From: Candidatus Latescibacterota bacterium
GTDB lineage: Bacteria > Latescibacterota > UBA2968 > UBA8231
Direction of reading: 5' to 3'
DNA length: 64,000 nucleotides
Assembly (NCBI GenBank): GCA_965219385.1
Contig: CBDCNM010000002.1
Location: 1,606,936-1,670,935 of the forward strand
A model generated the notes under the pieces. It had not been told where the DNA came from. It did not search any database and saw only the letters and a list, made by a program, of their open reading frames with translations. A program made the translations under genes and the position numbers. This document shows positions 10,108 through 19,395 of this stretch, in pieces. The first letter of the stretch is position 1. Every line of letters starts with the position of its first letter.

Positions 10108-11289
10108 TCACACATCCGATTCGAAGGGCACCGTGCTCGCCCCTTGCGGCCTGGGGGCGGTCGGACGAATGGGCGCCCGGTAGGGCGCCCGGTAGGCCAC
10201 GTCGAGATGGGGCGTCTCCAGGCGCACATCGCCGCGGTACATCGAGTCCATGGCCGCATCTATCGCCCCGCTTACAAGCAGCGTGCGCTCGGCCGGATAC
10301 TGGGGTTTGCCGCTCAGAAACATCTCCTCGATGTTCAGGGCCTGGTAGCTGAAACTGGGGGATGGAGGTCCATGGGTGTTCAGGGCCGTGGCCTGCACCC
10401 GACCCTCCACGCGGGCGGCATATCCGTACTCGCTGATGTAGTCTCTCAGCAACAGCATCGCCGCCCTGAAGCCGTCGTTGTATTCGAGGAGCAGGACGAC
10501 GGGGTGGTCGCAGCCTTCCTCCATGCCGCCCTCTTTCTCCTTCTTTACCAGCTCCAAAGCGGCCCGGGCCAGTTCCCGCGACCACCGACCATCCTCTCCG
10601 GCCTGCCAAACCGCATCCCCCTCCAGCACCTGCACGGCGGCGATGCCCTGCTCCCCGCCCCGGCGGCGCTCGACCATGGTCTGCAAGCCCTCCAAAGCGT
10701 GGAAACCGAAACCGTCCATCCCTTTGATGCCCAGGATGATGGCCTCTTCAATGGGCGTCTCCAGTTCGTGCTCGAACCAAGGGTCGCGCCAGAACAGGGG
10801 CACCGATGAGCCGGCCATCAGGGGAATGCTCAGTTCCGCTGCTCGATCGTACATCCACCTGGCATCGCGCCAGTTGTAGGACAGGTGCTTGTCGTTGAAT
10901 ACCGGGACCGGACGACCCGAAGTGGCAATGACGCCGCAGATCTGCTCGAAGAAATAGTGCCGCGGGTACAGGTGCTGCCCCTTCTCGTTAAAGGCGTAGC
11001 TGCCGTGTTCGCCGATGGCGAGGACCCCCTCGACGGCCAGCTCATCACCACCGAGGCAGAGTGCCAGGGGGATACTGCGATACACGGGTATGCCGTATTT
11101 CTCCGACACCGCCAGGCCGATGTCGGTCTCGGGGATCTGATCCAGGTACATGGAGACGATGTCCACGCGGGGCTTGAGCAACCCTTCGTCGGTTGGAAAG
11201 CCCTTGATGAACTTGCCGACGATGACGTCGGCGTGGGCCGGCACCCGGTACTCGGTGATGATGGCGGCGATTTTCTTGCGTTTGGACAT
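10108..11289 (-). CDS. conserved hypothetical protein (Gfo/Idh/MocA-like architecture)
   Basis: 393 aa. HADVIVGK, IGEHG.Y, VPVFNDKHLS, MAGSS and FHALE motifs of a family I recognise from Planctomycetes-like genomes. Confidence 0.65.
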   Translation of the reverse strand: MSKRKKIAAIITEYRVPAHADVIVGKFIKGFPTDEGLLKPRVDIVSMYLDQIPETDIGLAVSEKYGIPVYRSIPLALCLGGDELAVEGVLAIGEHGSYAFNEKGQHLYPRHYFFEQICGVIATSGRPVPVFNDKHLSYNWRDARWMYDRAAELSIPLMAGSSVPLFWRDPWFEHELETPIEEAIILGIKGMDGFGFHALEGLQTMVERRRGGEQGIAAVQVLEGDAVWQAGEDGRWSRELARAALELVKKEKEGGMEEGCDHPVVLLLEYNDGFRAAMLLLRDYISEYGYAARVEGRVQATALNTHGPPSPSFSYQALNIEEMFLSGKPQYPAERTLLVSGAIDAAMDSMYRGDVRLETPHLDVAYRAPYRAPIRPTAPRPQGASTVPFESDV

Positions 11290-11353
11290 ATCCCTCCCTT
11301 CCAGTGTCCACTTTTATCTTGAGGACGGTTGCGCCTGTATTACACTGGCCTCT

Positions 11354-12223
11354 CTACGCGAGGAACATCTCTCCCGTGTAGGGCAGTGGCTCTGTCGGGC
11401 GTTCATAGTGAATCTGTTGGGGCGTTTTCTCGAGAGCGGCGGCCCATGCGTCGTGCCAGGCCTGGTAGGAAGCCTCCGAGTCGGGGGGGCGCCGGCTGCG
11501 GACAACCAGACTGGGCCACTCCGGTCGCGGGGAGGGCTCACCCGTCTTCTGGTAGCGCAGGTCCATGCTCCAGCGCACCGCGTCGGTGTTGTTGGGACCG
11601 GAGCCGTGGGGCGTCAGCTTGTGCACGAACAGGACGTCCCCCTTTTTCATCGGCAGGGTGATCCTCTCGGTTTGAGGCAGGTCCCGCCCGTACGACCAGT
11701 AGACCATGCGCCGCTGGTGGATGCGGGGCAAGACCTGCAGGCAGCCGTTCTCCGCGGTCGCCTCGACAAGGGGTACCCAGACGGTCACCTGCAGGATGCC
11801 CTGCGCTTCCTGGGTGGTGAACACCGCATCCTGATGAAAGATGACGTCCGTTGCCGGCATCTTTGGCCTGATATGCGAAACGGCGTTGCAGGTGATTTCC
11901 GGGCCGATGAACCCCTCAATCAGGTCGACGAGGTTCTGGTTTCGCAAAAACTCGAAGGTGTCACGCGGACGAGTGACGCCGATGTCGGGACAGCCGTCAA
12001 CCTCGTCACACTCGTCCGCGAGGCGGGCCAGGCGCCTGTCGAAGGGGTCGTTTTCGTAGAGGTTGGCTATCTTGCCTCGTTCGTGCAGATCGCGAGCGAT
12101 CTGGTCGACGATGACATTGTGGTCCTGAATGAGCGGCTCGAGATCGTCGTCGGTGAGTCCTCCTTCGACAATGACGTACCCCTCTTCCTTGAAAAAGTCG
12201 AGATGTTGGCTGGTGAGGTTCAT
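11354..12223 (-). CDS. phytanoyl-CoA dioxygenase (PhyH) family Fe/2OG oxygenase
   Basis: F.EEGY, FHQD, ENGCLQV.P and HGS..N...VRWS motifs. Confidence 0.9.
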   Translation of the reverse strand: MNLTSQHLDFFKEEGYVIVEGGLTDDDLEPLIQDHNVIVDQIARDLHERGKIANLYENDPFDRRLARLADECDEVDGCPDIGVTRPRDTFEFLRNQNLVDLIEGFIGPEITCNAVSHIRPKMPATDVIFHQDAVFTTQEAQGILQVTVWVPLVEATAENGCLQVLPRIHQRRMVYWSYGRDLPQTERITLPMKKGDVLFVHKLTPHGSGPNNTDAVRWSMDLRYQKTGEPSPRPEWPSLVVRSRRPPDSEASYQAWHDAWAAALEKTPQQIHYERPTEPLPYTGEMFLA

Positions 12224-12281
12224 GTTTCGCTCCCGCCGTGCTGATCTGCAATGACAGTGGTGATAAAAGTCGGACTACTAA

Positions 12282-12376
12282 GTGGTCTTTCAATTAAGTT
12301 TATTGATATTATTTCGGCGCTTTTACAGGTCTAAAAAGTGGATTTTATATGTAAGTAAATTTATTTGAAATGCCAC
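12282..12376. mobile_element. 95-bp AT-rich MITE with TAA target duplication
   Basis: TAA|GTGGTCTTTCAATTAAGTTTA...TAAATTTTATTTGAAATGCCAC|TAA. Confidence 0.7.
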
Positions 12377-12448
12377 TAAAAGCCTCTACGGAAATTCACT
12401 TTGTGCCCCGAGAGAGTGTAGCACACGCTGTGATACTTTATGACTTTC

Positions 12449-12541
12449 GGCTAACGTTTCAGGGTTTGCGAACCCGCGAAGCGGGTTGCCGGAGGCCAAG
12501 GTGCCTGAAAGGCGGCGAAGCGCAACACCGCTGTGTTATGT
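12449..12541 (-). repeat. attC-like site closing the relE-xre cassette
   Basis: + strand GGCTAAC...GTTATGT. GGTTTGCG/CGCAACACC pairing with an extra base; internal hairpins. Confidence 0.75.
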
Positions 12542-12587
12542 GCCGTGAAAAAATGCGATAGCCTACAAGACTGATCCCCAGGCGAAA

Positions 12588-12866
12588 TTAGGTCAGCTCG
12601 ATGCGGAGCTTTTTGCCCAGAGCCCGCGCAGCGCGGTCCATTGTCTGTAGCGTTACGGAGGGATTGGACGAGTCAAGCAGACGGTCCAGCGCTGACCGAC
12701 TGGTTTGCATGCGCTTGGCCATCGCCGATTTGGACAGCTTGTTTTCCTCCATGAACTGACTCAACTGATAGGCAATAACGCGTTTCACGGCCGTTGCCTC
12801 TGCTTCACTGAGAAGGCCCTCGTCTGTGAGGAACTCATCAAAACTGCTGCCGACATGTCTTTTCAT
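12588..12866 (-). CDS. XRE/HTH antitoxin (cassette-borne)
   Basis: HVGSSFDEFL and MAKRMQTSRSALDRLLD..N.SVTLQT. Start overlaps the toxin stop. Confidence 0.85.
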   Translation of the reverse strand: MKRHVGSSFDEFLTDEGLLSEAEATAVKRVIAYQLSQFMEENKLSKSAMAKRMQTSRSALDRLLDSSNPSVTLQTMDRAARALGKKLRIELT

Positions 12867-13213
12867 CGTGCCTCCCGGAGCATCGTTAGTCTGGATCGTG
12901 CCAAAGTGAGATCGCTGGCGGGGGTCTTCTCACTTTTCTTGATGAAACCGTGCAACAGGAGGACCGTGCCATCGTAGACCGTAAAGACTACTCGGGCTAT
13001 CGAATTGGGCAGGGTGCTACGGACCTCCCAAAGATCGCTCTCGAGCTTGCGTACCAGCGGCATTCCAAGGGGCCACCCAAACTGAACGGTCTTGATGTCC
13101 GCACCAATGATCCTCTTCGCCTCTCGATCCAGGCTGCGCAGCCATGCTCTAACCGGCTCACGCCCTGCCGTCGTACGGAAGAAGCGAACCGGCAGCGGCC
13201 TGTCTCTGTCCAT
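12863..13213 (-). CDS. RelE/ParE-family (Gp49-like) toxin
   Basis: FFRT.AGREPV..WL, GWPLGMPLVRKL, LWEVRS and LLHGFIKKSEKTP. ATG at 13213 preferred because the longer ORF runs into the promoter. Confidence 0.88.
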   Translation of the reverse strand: MDRDRPLPVRFFRTTAGREPVRAWLRSLDREAKRIIGADIKTVQFGWPLGMPLVRKLESDLWEVRSTLPNSIARVVFTVYDGTVLLLHGFIKKSEKTPASDLTLARSRLTMLREAR

Positions 13214-13221
13214 CGTCCCCC

Positions 13222-13249
13222 AATGTACCAATTATGGTACACTTGTCAA
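13222..13249 (-). promoter_or_regulatory. sigma70 promoter with palindromic operator for the relE-xre TA pair
   Basis: Minus strand TTGACA-16-TACATT. Palindrome TGTACCA-ATTA-TGGTACA at 13224-13241. Confidence 0.7.
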
Positions 13250-13307
13250 GCATAGGGAAAACGCCACACGAAGATCGAAACAGATCGCAGAAAGCGGTGG
13301 CCATGGC

Positions 13308-13393
13308 ACATAACGTTTCCGCGGGCTGCGAACCTGGCGCAGCCGGTTGGGCGAAGGGCCGAATGGCCCGAAGCCGGGGGCACGATGTTATCT
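13308..13393 (-). repeat. attC-like site closing the higBA cassette
   Basis: + strand ACATAAC...GTTATCT, with the same internal hairpin pattern as the neighbouring sites. Confidence 0.7.
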
Positions 13394-13419
13394 GACGTTG
13401 TCCTTCAGGGAAAGCCCTC

Positions 13420-13725
13420 TTATCCCGTCTCCACATGGGGTCGCACCTCCCGGTCCAAGCGATCAGAAAGTTCGTCTTCTGCTACATCCAGCTCATAGTC
13501 CATCTGAATGCCCATCCAGAATTGGGACGACATGCTGAAGTAGCGAGCCAAACGCAGGGCGGTATCAGCAGTAATGCCTCGTTTTCCCAAGACGATCTCG
13601 TTGATACGGCGGGGCGGCACGCCGATGGCAAGCGCCAAGCGGTTTTGACTGAGGTTCATCGGCTTGAGGAACTCTTCCAACAAGACTTCTCCCGGATGAA
13701 CAGGAGCCAACTTCTGAGCACACAT
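13420..13725 (-). CDS. higA: HigA antitoxin
   Basis: PVHPGEVLLEEFLKP, RINEIV.GKRGITADTALRL and FWM motifs. Confidence 0.93.
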   Translation of the reverse strand: MCAQKLAPVHPGEVLLEEFLKPMNLSQNRLALAIGVPPRRINEIVLGKRGITADTALRLARYFSMSSQFWMGIQMDYELDVAEDELSDRLDREVRPHVETG

Positions 13726-13736
13726 GTGTCCTTTCC

Positions 13737-14018
13737 TTAGTGGTAGTCTACGATCTCAACGTTGTAGGCATCGCCGTGGTGCCACGTGAAACAGATGCGC
13801 CACTGGTCATTGATTCGAATACTGTACTGACCCGCCCCATCACCACGGAGTTTCTCAAGACGATTGGCTGGTGGCACTCGAAGATCACCCAGTGTGGCTG
13901 ACCGATTGAGCATGCGCAGCTTGCGAAGGGCGCTCTGTTGAATATCGATGGGCAACTTTCCGGATCGGGTGCGCTGGTATATCCGCTCGGTTTCTCGATC
14001 TCTAAAGGACCGTATCAT
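13737..14018 (-). CDS. higB: HigB (killer-family) toxin
   Basis: MIRSFRD, PPANRLEKL, YSIRINDQWRICF and VEIVDYH motifs. Confidence 0.93.
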   Translation of the reverse strand: MIRSFRDRETERIYQRTRSGKLPIDIQQSALRKLRMLNRSATLGDLRVPPANRLEKLRGDGAGQYSIRINDQWRICFTWHHGDAYNVEIVDYH

Positions 14019-14024
14019 TCAGAC

Positions 14025-14053
14025 AATATATGGCGCTCAGCGTTAAACGTCAA
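14025..14053 (-). promoter_or_regulatory. higBA promoter, probably giving a leaderless mRNA
   Basis: Minus strand TTGACG-17-TATATT, 6 nt before the ATG, with no SD. Confidence 0.7.
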
Positions 14054-14105
14054 TGGTGGTACGAATGAACATGGATGCAACCCCATTTCTGTGTCTTACA
14101 ATGTC

Positions 14106-14189
14106 TGCTAACATTTTCGCCGTGCCCGAACCGCGTAGCGGTTGCGCGTAGGGGCGAAAGCCCCGGAGCCGTGGGTGCTCGTGTTACCT
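14106..14189 (-). repeat. attC-like site closing the methyltransferase cassette
   Basis: + strand TGCTAAC...GTTACCT; internal AACCGCGTAGCGGTT and GGGGCGAAAGCCCC hairpins. Confidence 0.7.
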
Positions 14190-14232
14190 GCCGTGCACCG
14201 TCTGGGGGATGGGGGCCTGCCAAGTGACAGGG

Positions 14233-14925
14233 TCAGGGGTGGGGCTTCACGAATTCGAGGACCATCAGGAATGGAATCGTATTCCAGTGCTCTCGATTCA
14301 AGGGATCGTGGTCGGGGCCTATGTCTTTCAAGGATCTCAGAAGGAAGCCGTGTTTCCGAAACACATCTATGTATTCCTCCATCGTTCGGTGATAGTAATA
14401 TACCTCAACTCCCGCCTGTGCCATTCCCTGATAGATCACTGACTCTCCTGTGGCGAAGTAGCCTGAGGCCTTCTCTCTCGGGACAGCCGAGTAAGGATTG
14501 TTGATCGAAAGAACTGCCCTCCCGCCATCGCGGCACACAGTTGCCAGTGTCCGGACGAATCCTACATAGTCTGGAACATCATTTAAAACCAAATGTGAGG
14601 CGACAAGATCAAAGGACTTCTCCAGTTCGGGCAGCGGCGTGCTAAGATCATGGACTCTGTAGTTGATAGCATTTTCCAGATCTTTCGATCTACCCAATTC
14701 TACAAGCGGCTCACAGATGTCGATCGCACAAACTTGTGCCCCGCGACTTGCCAAGAGTCTTGCGACCAAGCCGTCACCACATCCCGCATCCAGGACACGA
14801 AGACCCTGAACATCACCCACGAGGTCTAGGAAGACAGAGAGAACAGGATCGAGGCCAACGTCCACATCTGACACCATCGCTGAATACTGCTCGGCGAAGT
14901 CATCATAGGTGTTTCGATCAGTCAT
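14233..14925 (-). CDS. class I SAM-dependent methyltransferase (cassette-borne)
   Basis: VLDAGCGDG, FDLV and YYHRT..EY motifs; lower GC than the flanks. Confidence 0.85.
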   Translation of the reverse strand: MTDRNTYDDFAEQYSAMVSDVDVGLDPVLSVFLDLVGDVQGLRVLDAGCGDGLVARLLASRGAQVCAIDICEPLVELGRSKDLENAINYRVHDLSTPLPELEKSFDLVASHLVLNDVPDYVGFVRTLATVCRDGGRAVLSINNPYSAVPREKASGYFATGESVIYQGMAQAGVEVYYYHRTMEEYIDVFRKHGFLLRSLKDIGPDHDPLNREHWNTIPFLMVLEFVKPHP

Positions 14926-14976
14926 TTCTTCAAGCCTCTCCGGCCCCGGACGGACCGGTCAACAGCGGTGCATGGC

Positions 14977-15059
14977 AGGTAACTACCGTATTCCCGACGT
15001 ACGTCGTCTACCCCGCCCAAACTAAGGGAATGGACGACGTGCGTCAACAATCGTTCGGC
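14977..15059 (-). repeat. attC-like site upstream of the first cassette
   Basis: + strand AGGTAAC...GTTCGGC with inverted repeat GACGTACGTCGTC/GACGACGTGCGTC. Confidence 0.55.
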
Positions 15060-15324
15060 ACTTTTGCGAATTGGGCTGGTTGACTGACAATTCTCAGAAG
15101 AAGCAGGGAAGTGCTTTCACAAACAACAAGATATAGCTTATGCAATGGATTCTGTCGGGAGAAATCGGCCTGGGTGCCTGGGGCGATTTACGTGCGCAGC
15201 CGGGCCGGCTATGGGGCCGGTACCATCCGCAGATTTCGTCGTTTTATGGATAATGAACGGATCCCGGCCATGGCCAGGAGCGGCACCCCCTCCAGTCCCA
15301 TCTTGATCCGGGAAGCCGCCGGGC

Positions 15325-15972
15325 TCAATCGATGATCCGGGTCGATACGATGTAGTCGAGATTGGGGAAGATCTTCTTCAGGTAGCGGTTGCCCTTCATG
15401 CCGATTTGCCGCTGGCTGGGCCGCTCGCCGTATTCGCTGTTGATCGAATCCACCACCTCCATGCCCTTTACCACCTCCCCGAAGGGGGCAAACCCCTGCC
15501 GGTCCAGGGAGTTATTGTCCCCGAAGTTGATGAACAACTGGGTGGTGCGGGTATTGGGCCCTCGGGTAGCAAAGGTGACCATGCCGCGCGTGTTGCTGGC
15601 TTTCACCGGATCGTCCGGGATGGCGGCATCGATCCACACAGCGGTGATTTCGGGATCCCCGTGAAAACCGAACTGCGCCATGAAATTGGGAATCACCCGG
15701 AAGAAGCGGCACTCATTGTAGAACCCGGCCTTCACCAGGTTGTAGAACCGGTCCACGCCATTGGGGGCCAGATCGCGCGTGACCTCGATCACGAAGTCCC
15801 CCTTGCTGGTCTTGAACTCGACCTCGAACCGGTCCGGCGCCTGCTGGTTCATTGCAGGGCTCTTCGGATCCATGAGAGCTTCCTGGTCCACTTTGCCGCT
15901 TCCTTTCCCGGAGCCACCGCAACCCACGGCTGCGATCGTCAGTCCTGTAAGCAAAATCGTGCGCAATAACAT
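15325..15972 (-). CDS. cyclophilin-type peptidyl-prolyl isomerase, lipoprotein
   Basis: AVGC lipobox, FFRVIPNFMAQFG, TQLFIN and FGEVVKGMEVVD. Confidence 0.9.
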   Translation of the reverse strand: MLLRTILLTGLTIAAVGCGGSGKGSGKVDQEALMDPKSPAMNQQAPDRFEVEFKTSKGDFVIEVTRDLAPNGVDRFYNLVKAGFYNECRFFRVIPNFMAQFGFHGDPEITAVWIDAAIPDDPVKASNTRGMVTFATRGPNTRTTQLFINFGDNNSLDRQGFAPFGEVVKGMEVVDSINSEYGERPSQRQIGMKGNRYLKKIFPNLDYIVSTRIID

Positions 15973-15993
15973 AATCCATTCCTCCTCTAATTC

Positions 15994-18255
15994 TTAGAGG
16001 CCCTTCACGGCCTCTACCAGGGCCGCGGCAGTAATCCCGAAGTGGGCCCAGGTCTCCATGTAACCCGCGGACGGGGCAATGCGCGGATCGGTAATGCCCA
16101 GGTGCGCCATGGCCCGGCCGCTGCCGACCCCGGAGGCCACAGCGGCAAAACCTCGCAGGCCGGTTTCCGGCGTGCCGATCACCCCGTCCTCGATGGTGAC
16201 CACCCCCTCGTCGTACCCCGAGAGCAATTCCTCCAAAGCACCTGCGGGCAGGGGCAGGCCGTTGACGATAAACACATCCGTGGCCATGCCCTCCTCGTGC
16301 AGGGCTGCAGCGGCCTGGCCTCCCAGGAAAGCTGGCGCTCCAAAGGCAAGGATCGCCCGCCGGGCCCCGGGGTATTTCCGGTACGGGGTCAGGGCCTCCC
16401 ACCCGGAGTCCGGCTCCCACAGCGCCCCGGAGCCGTCCTGTTTTTCCAGGATCGGCAGGCCGTCGTCCCGGGGAATGCCGATGATGTGGCCGCCGTAGTG
16501 CGCCGCCAGGTCGCGCACGGCCACAAAAGCGGCCCGGGCATCGGCCGGGGCGTAGAAGCTGTGCAGGTAGGGCAGGTAGGTCAACCCCACGTTGATCCAG
16601 TCCAGGCCCCAGCCCGAAAAGTGGTCGCGGCCAGTGCAGGCCCCCACGTGGGAGAGGTGGAAGGTGACGTTCAGGCCCTCGTTGATGCCGTTGAGGTTGC
16701 GCTGGTAACGCCACATGTCGAAGCCCTCGCGGGCAATGCCCTCGAAGAACGCCGCAAAGGTGGAGACCACGTTCAGCTGCGGGGCCCGGCCGCTCATGGC
16801 CAGGCCATTGGCGATGAGGCTGGCGGCCTGCTCCTCGATGCTCATCTCGAACTGGTGGTCCGCTGCCAGAAAGCCACGCGCCTTGCCCAGCTTGGTGGAG
16901 GCGTCCAGGTCGCAGCTGACCACGAAGACCTGATCGGGAAAGGCCCGGGCCACGGCTGCGTATCCGGCTTCGGAGCCGGCGCGGGGGCTTTTGTTTTCCC
17001 CGGCGCCGGGCAACTCCACCCCTTCGAGGGCCTCGGGAGCCAGCACCAGGTTGGCGCTGCCCGGCACCGGCCGCGCTCGGGTGACCACGGTCCTTTTGGG
17101 CTGCCGGCGCCGGGCAGCCAGGGCCTGGCTCTGCGCCTCGGTTTCCTGCAACATCGGGTTGGCCAGGACCTGGTCCACGTCCCGGCCCTTCAGGTGGCCG
17201 TCGTGGTGGCCCTCGCCACCCGGCAGCTGGTTTACCAGAAAAACGCACTCCATCATGGAGTGCACGTCCCCGAAGCTCATCAGCGAGCCGGGGATCCAGA
17301 CCTGGGTGTCCAGGGCGACCTGGTGGGCCTCGGCAAAGGCCTCCAGTTCCCCGCTGATGCCGTAGCGCACGCCAAAGCTTTTCAGGTCCACCGGATGATC
17401 GTTGTGGGAGGTGAAGCCCACTGGATAGATCAGGCTGGGCCGGCCTTCCCGGGCCAGGGCATACCCCTCGCGATAGGCCTGGTACAGGGCCGTGCAGTCG
17501 TGCAGGGTGGGGATCTCGATGACGGCTAGTCCCAGGGCCTCGATGATGCTGCGGGGATCCTTGTCCATGATGCTTTTGGTACTGCCCGAAAGCTGAATCC
17601 CGTTGCGGTGCATCACAAAGGTGATGGGCGCCCCGTGCACGTCGGCTCCGTTGAAGCCGTCGAGGGCCTGGCCCGAAATCCAGCCCGCGTCGCCGCAGTG
17701 GGTGATCACCCAGCTGTCCGCGCCGTACAGCGTCCGCTTGCCCAGGGCCTGACCCACGGCCGCCGGAATCATCACCCCCAGACGCCCGCCGTTGAGCTGG
17801 GTGCCGCCCGGCAGCCAGGACACGTGGCCGGGGATGTCCAGTCCCTGTCGGAACCCCTCGATGACTTCATCGGCGTCGATGAAACCCAGGGCCGCCAGGG
17901 AGGTGTAGTAGCCAATGCTGGTATGGGCGTGTTCGATGGTGTATTCGATGCGCTCGTAATCGCAAACCGAGAGGGTGAGCAACAGGGGGGGGATCAGCTC
18001 CAGCCCGCCGCCCAGGTGATCTACTTCGTTGATTTTGGCCAGGGTGGCCAGCGAGCGGATGGCGGTGCGGGCGGCCTCGATCTGCAGGGCCTGGAGGGTC
18101 TGCTCCTGCTCTGCGGTCAGTTTTTCGGCGGTGCTTATATCCACCTGCAGCGGCAGGACCTGGGAGGTTATGCTGAAGCCCAGGTAGCGGACCTGATCCA
18201 GCAGGGCCTGGTTTCTTTCCTGCTGCTGGGCGGCAACGGCCTTTATGCCTTTCAT
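15994..18255 (-). CDS. divergent transketolase-like ThDP enzyme
   Basis: DHLGGG, PGHV, GDAG...HRN (GDG...N-like), CDLDASTK, SIEEQ and STFAAF; three-domain length. Start placed at MKGIK. Confidence 0.8.
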   Translation of the reverse strand: MKGIKAVAAQQQERNQALLDQVRYLGFSITSQVLPLQVDISTAEKLTAEQEQTLQALQIEAARTAIRSLATLAKINEVDHLGGGLELIPPLLLTLSVCDYERIEYTIEHAHTSIGYYTSLAALGFIDADEVIEGFRQGLDIPGHVSWLPGGTQLNGGRLGVMIPAAVGQALGKRTLYGADSWVITHCGDAGWISGQALDGFNGADVHGAPITFVMHRNGIQLSGSTKSIMDKDPRSIIEALGLAVIEIPTLHDCTALYQAYREGYALAREGRPSLIYPVGFTSHNDHPVDLKSFGVRYGISGELEAFAEAHQVALDTQVWIPGSLMSFGDVHSMMECVFLVNQLPGGEGHHDGHLKGRDVDQVLANPMLQETEAQSQALAARRRQPKRTVVTRARPVPGSANLVLAPEALEGVELPGAGENKSPRAGSEAGYAAVARAFPDQVFVVSCDLDASTKLGKARGFLAADHQFEMSIEEQAASLIANGLAMSGRAPQLNVVSTFAAFFEGIAREGFDMWRYQRNLNGINEGLNVTFHLSHVGACTGRDHFSGWGLDWINVGLTYLPYLHSFYAPADARAAFVAVRDLAAHYGGHIIGIPRDDGLPILEKQDGSGALWEPDSGWEALTPYRKYPGARRAILAFGAPAFLGGQAAAALHEEGMATDVFIVNGLPLPAGALEELLSGYDEGVVTIEDGVIGTPETGLRGFAAVASGVGSGRAMAHLGITDPRIAPSAGYMETWAHFGITAAALVEAVKGL

Positions 18256-18375
18256 CCAAGCGCTCCTTCCGGGACGGACGGGTACGAGCAGTATGATATT
18301 ACACAATCGGCTCTTTGGCAAGGTCAGAGTCTGGTGCGGGGTGCAGAAGTTTGTTACCGGTTTTCCAAGGCAGCA

Positions 18376-19395
18376 CTAACGCGGCGCGAACTGCGCCACC
18401 AACCGTGTAGCCCACTCCCGGTTGGCGTGGATGGTGCGGCCGGCGTTGTGCGGGGTGTGGACCACGTTGTGCCGCCCCAGCAGCGGATCGTCCAGGGGCA
18501 AAGGCTCCACGTCCCACACATCCGCGGCCAGACTGAGTTCGTCGGCCAGGACCCGTTGCCGCAGGGCTTCCATATCGCAGATCAAAGCGCGCGTCACCAG
18601 CACCACCAGGCAGCCTTTGGGCAGGGCCCGGATGTGGGCAGCCGTGACCAGGCCCCGGGTCGACTCAGTCAGGGGCACCATGGGCGCAAAGATCTCCGCG
18701 TCCTGAACCAACTGCTCCAGGCGCCACTCTCGCCGCGCCCCGGCGCGGTGGAAGCAAGGCTCGCTGGCAAAGGGATCCCAGGCGGCCACATCCGCCCCCA
18801 GCAGGTTCGCAAAGCTGGCGTAGCGACTGGCGATATTGCCGGCGCCGACGATCCGCACCCGCTTGCCCGCGACCGTGCCGCTGGCAAAGTTCGGGTCGTC
18901 GCCGAACTGCTGCCCCCGGGTCCCCGGGCGCCCCCGGTTATCGGGGGGCTCGTACCTCCAGCTTTCCTGGCTGGTGGTGATGGCGCCGTGGAGTTGCGGG
19001 ATCCGGCGCAGGCCGCACAGGGTCAGAGCCAGACCGTACTCGGCCACGGACTGGCTCCAGAAGCCTTCGCTGGGGTGGTGGTAGGTCTGGACCCCGGCCT
19101 GCTGCAAATACTCGCTGCACTCCGGGGACAGGTTGCCGCTGTAGAGGCCCTGGAAGGTGGCCTCTTTCAGGACTTTAAAATCCCGCAGGCACGCCAGGGT
19201 TACGCGTCCGCCCAGACACGCCAGGCGCCGGATAGGAGCCGCGTCGCCGACGATTTCTCCCAGACAGCGCCCGTCCTCGGGGGCCAGACGCGCGAATTCC
19301 ACCTCCCCCTGCGCCCGCCACAGGGAGTGGAAGTGATCGGCGGCAAAAGGCCAGACCAGGTCGAAATCCGCGTGTACCGCGATCAGGCTGTCCAT
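18376..19395 (-). CDS. D-isomer-specific 2-hydroxyacid dehydrogenase family protein
   Basis: SVAE, IVGAGNIA, PLTESTRGL, TRA, DVWDVEPLP and TPHNAG motifs. Confidence 0.85.
   Translation of the reverse strand: MDSLIAVHADFDLVWPFAADHFHSLWRAQGEVEFARLAPEDGRCLGEIVGDAAPIRRLACLGGRVTLACLRDFKVLKEATFQGLYSGNLSPECSEYLQQAGVQTYHHPSEGFWSQSVAEYGLALTLCGLRRIPQLHGAITTSQESWRYEPPDNRGRPGTRGQQFGDDPNFASGTVAGKRVRIVGAGNIASRYASFANLLGADVAAWDPFASEPCFHRAGARREWRLEQLVQDAEIFAPMVPLTESTRGLVTAAHIRALPKGCLVVLVTRALICDMEALRQRVLADELSLAADVWDVEPLPLDDPLLGRHNVVHTPHNAGRTIHANREWATRLVAQFAPR

Noticed and set aside
10172..10195. 12-bp tandem repeat GGCGCCCGGTAG x2
   Set aside because: In-frame duplication (YRAP-YRAP) near a gene end; ordinary slippage.
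12449..15059. CRISPR array or tRNA interpretation of the repeated hairpins
   Set aside because: The units are non-identical, separated by whole genes, and lack T-loop/CCA features. No regularly spaced repeats or cas genes were seen in the window.
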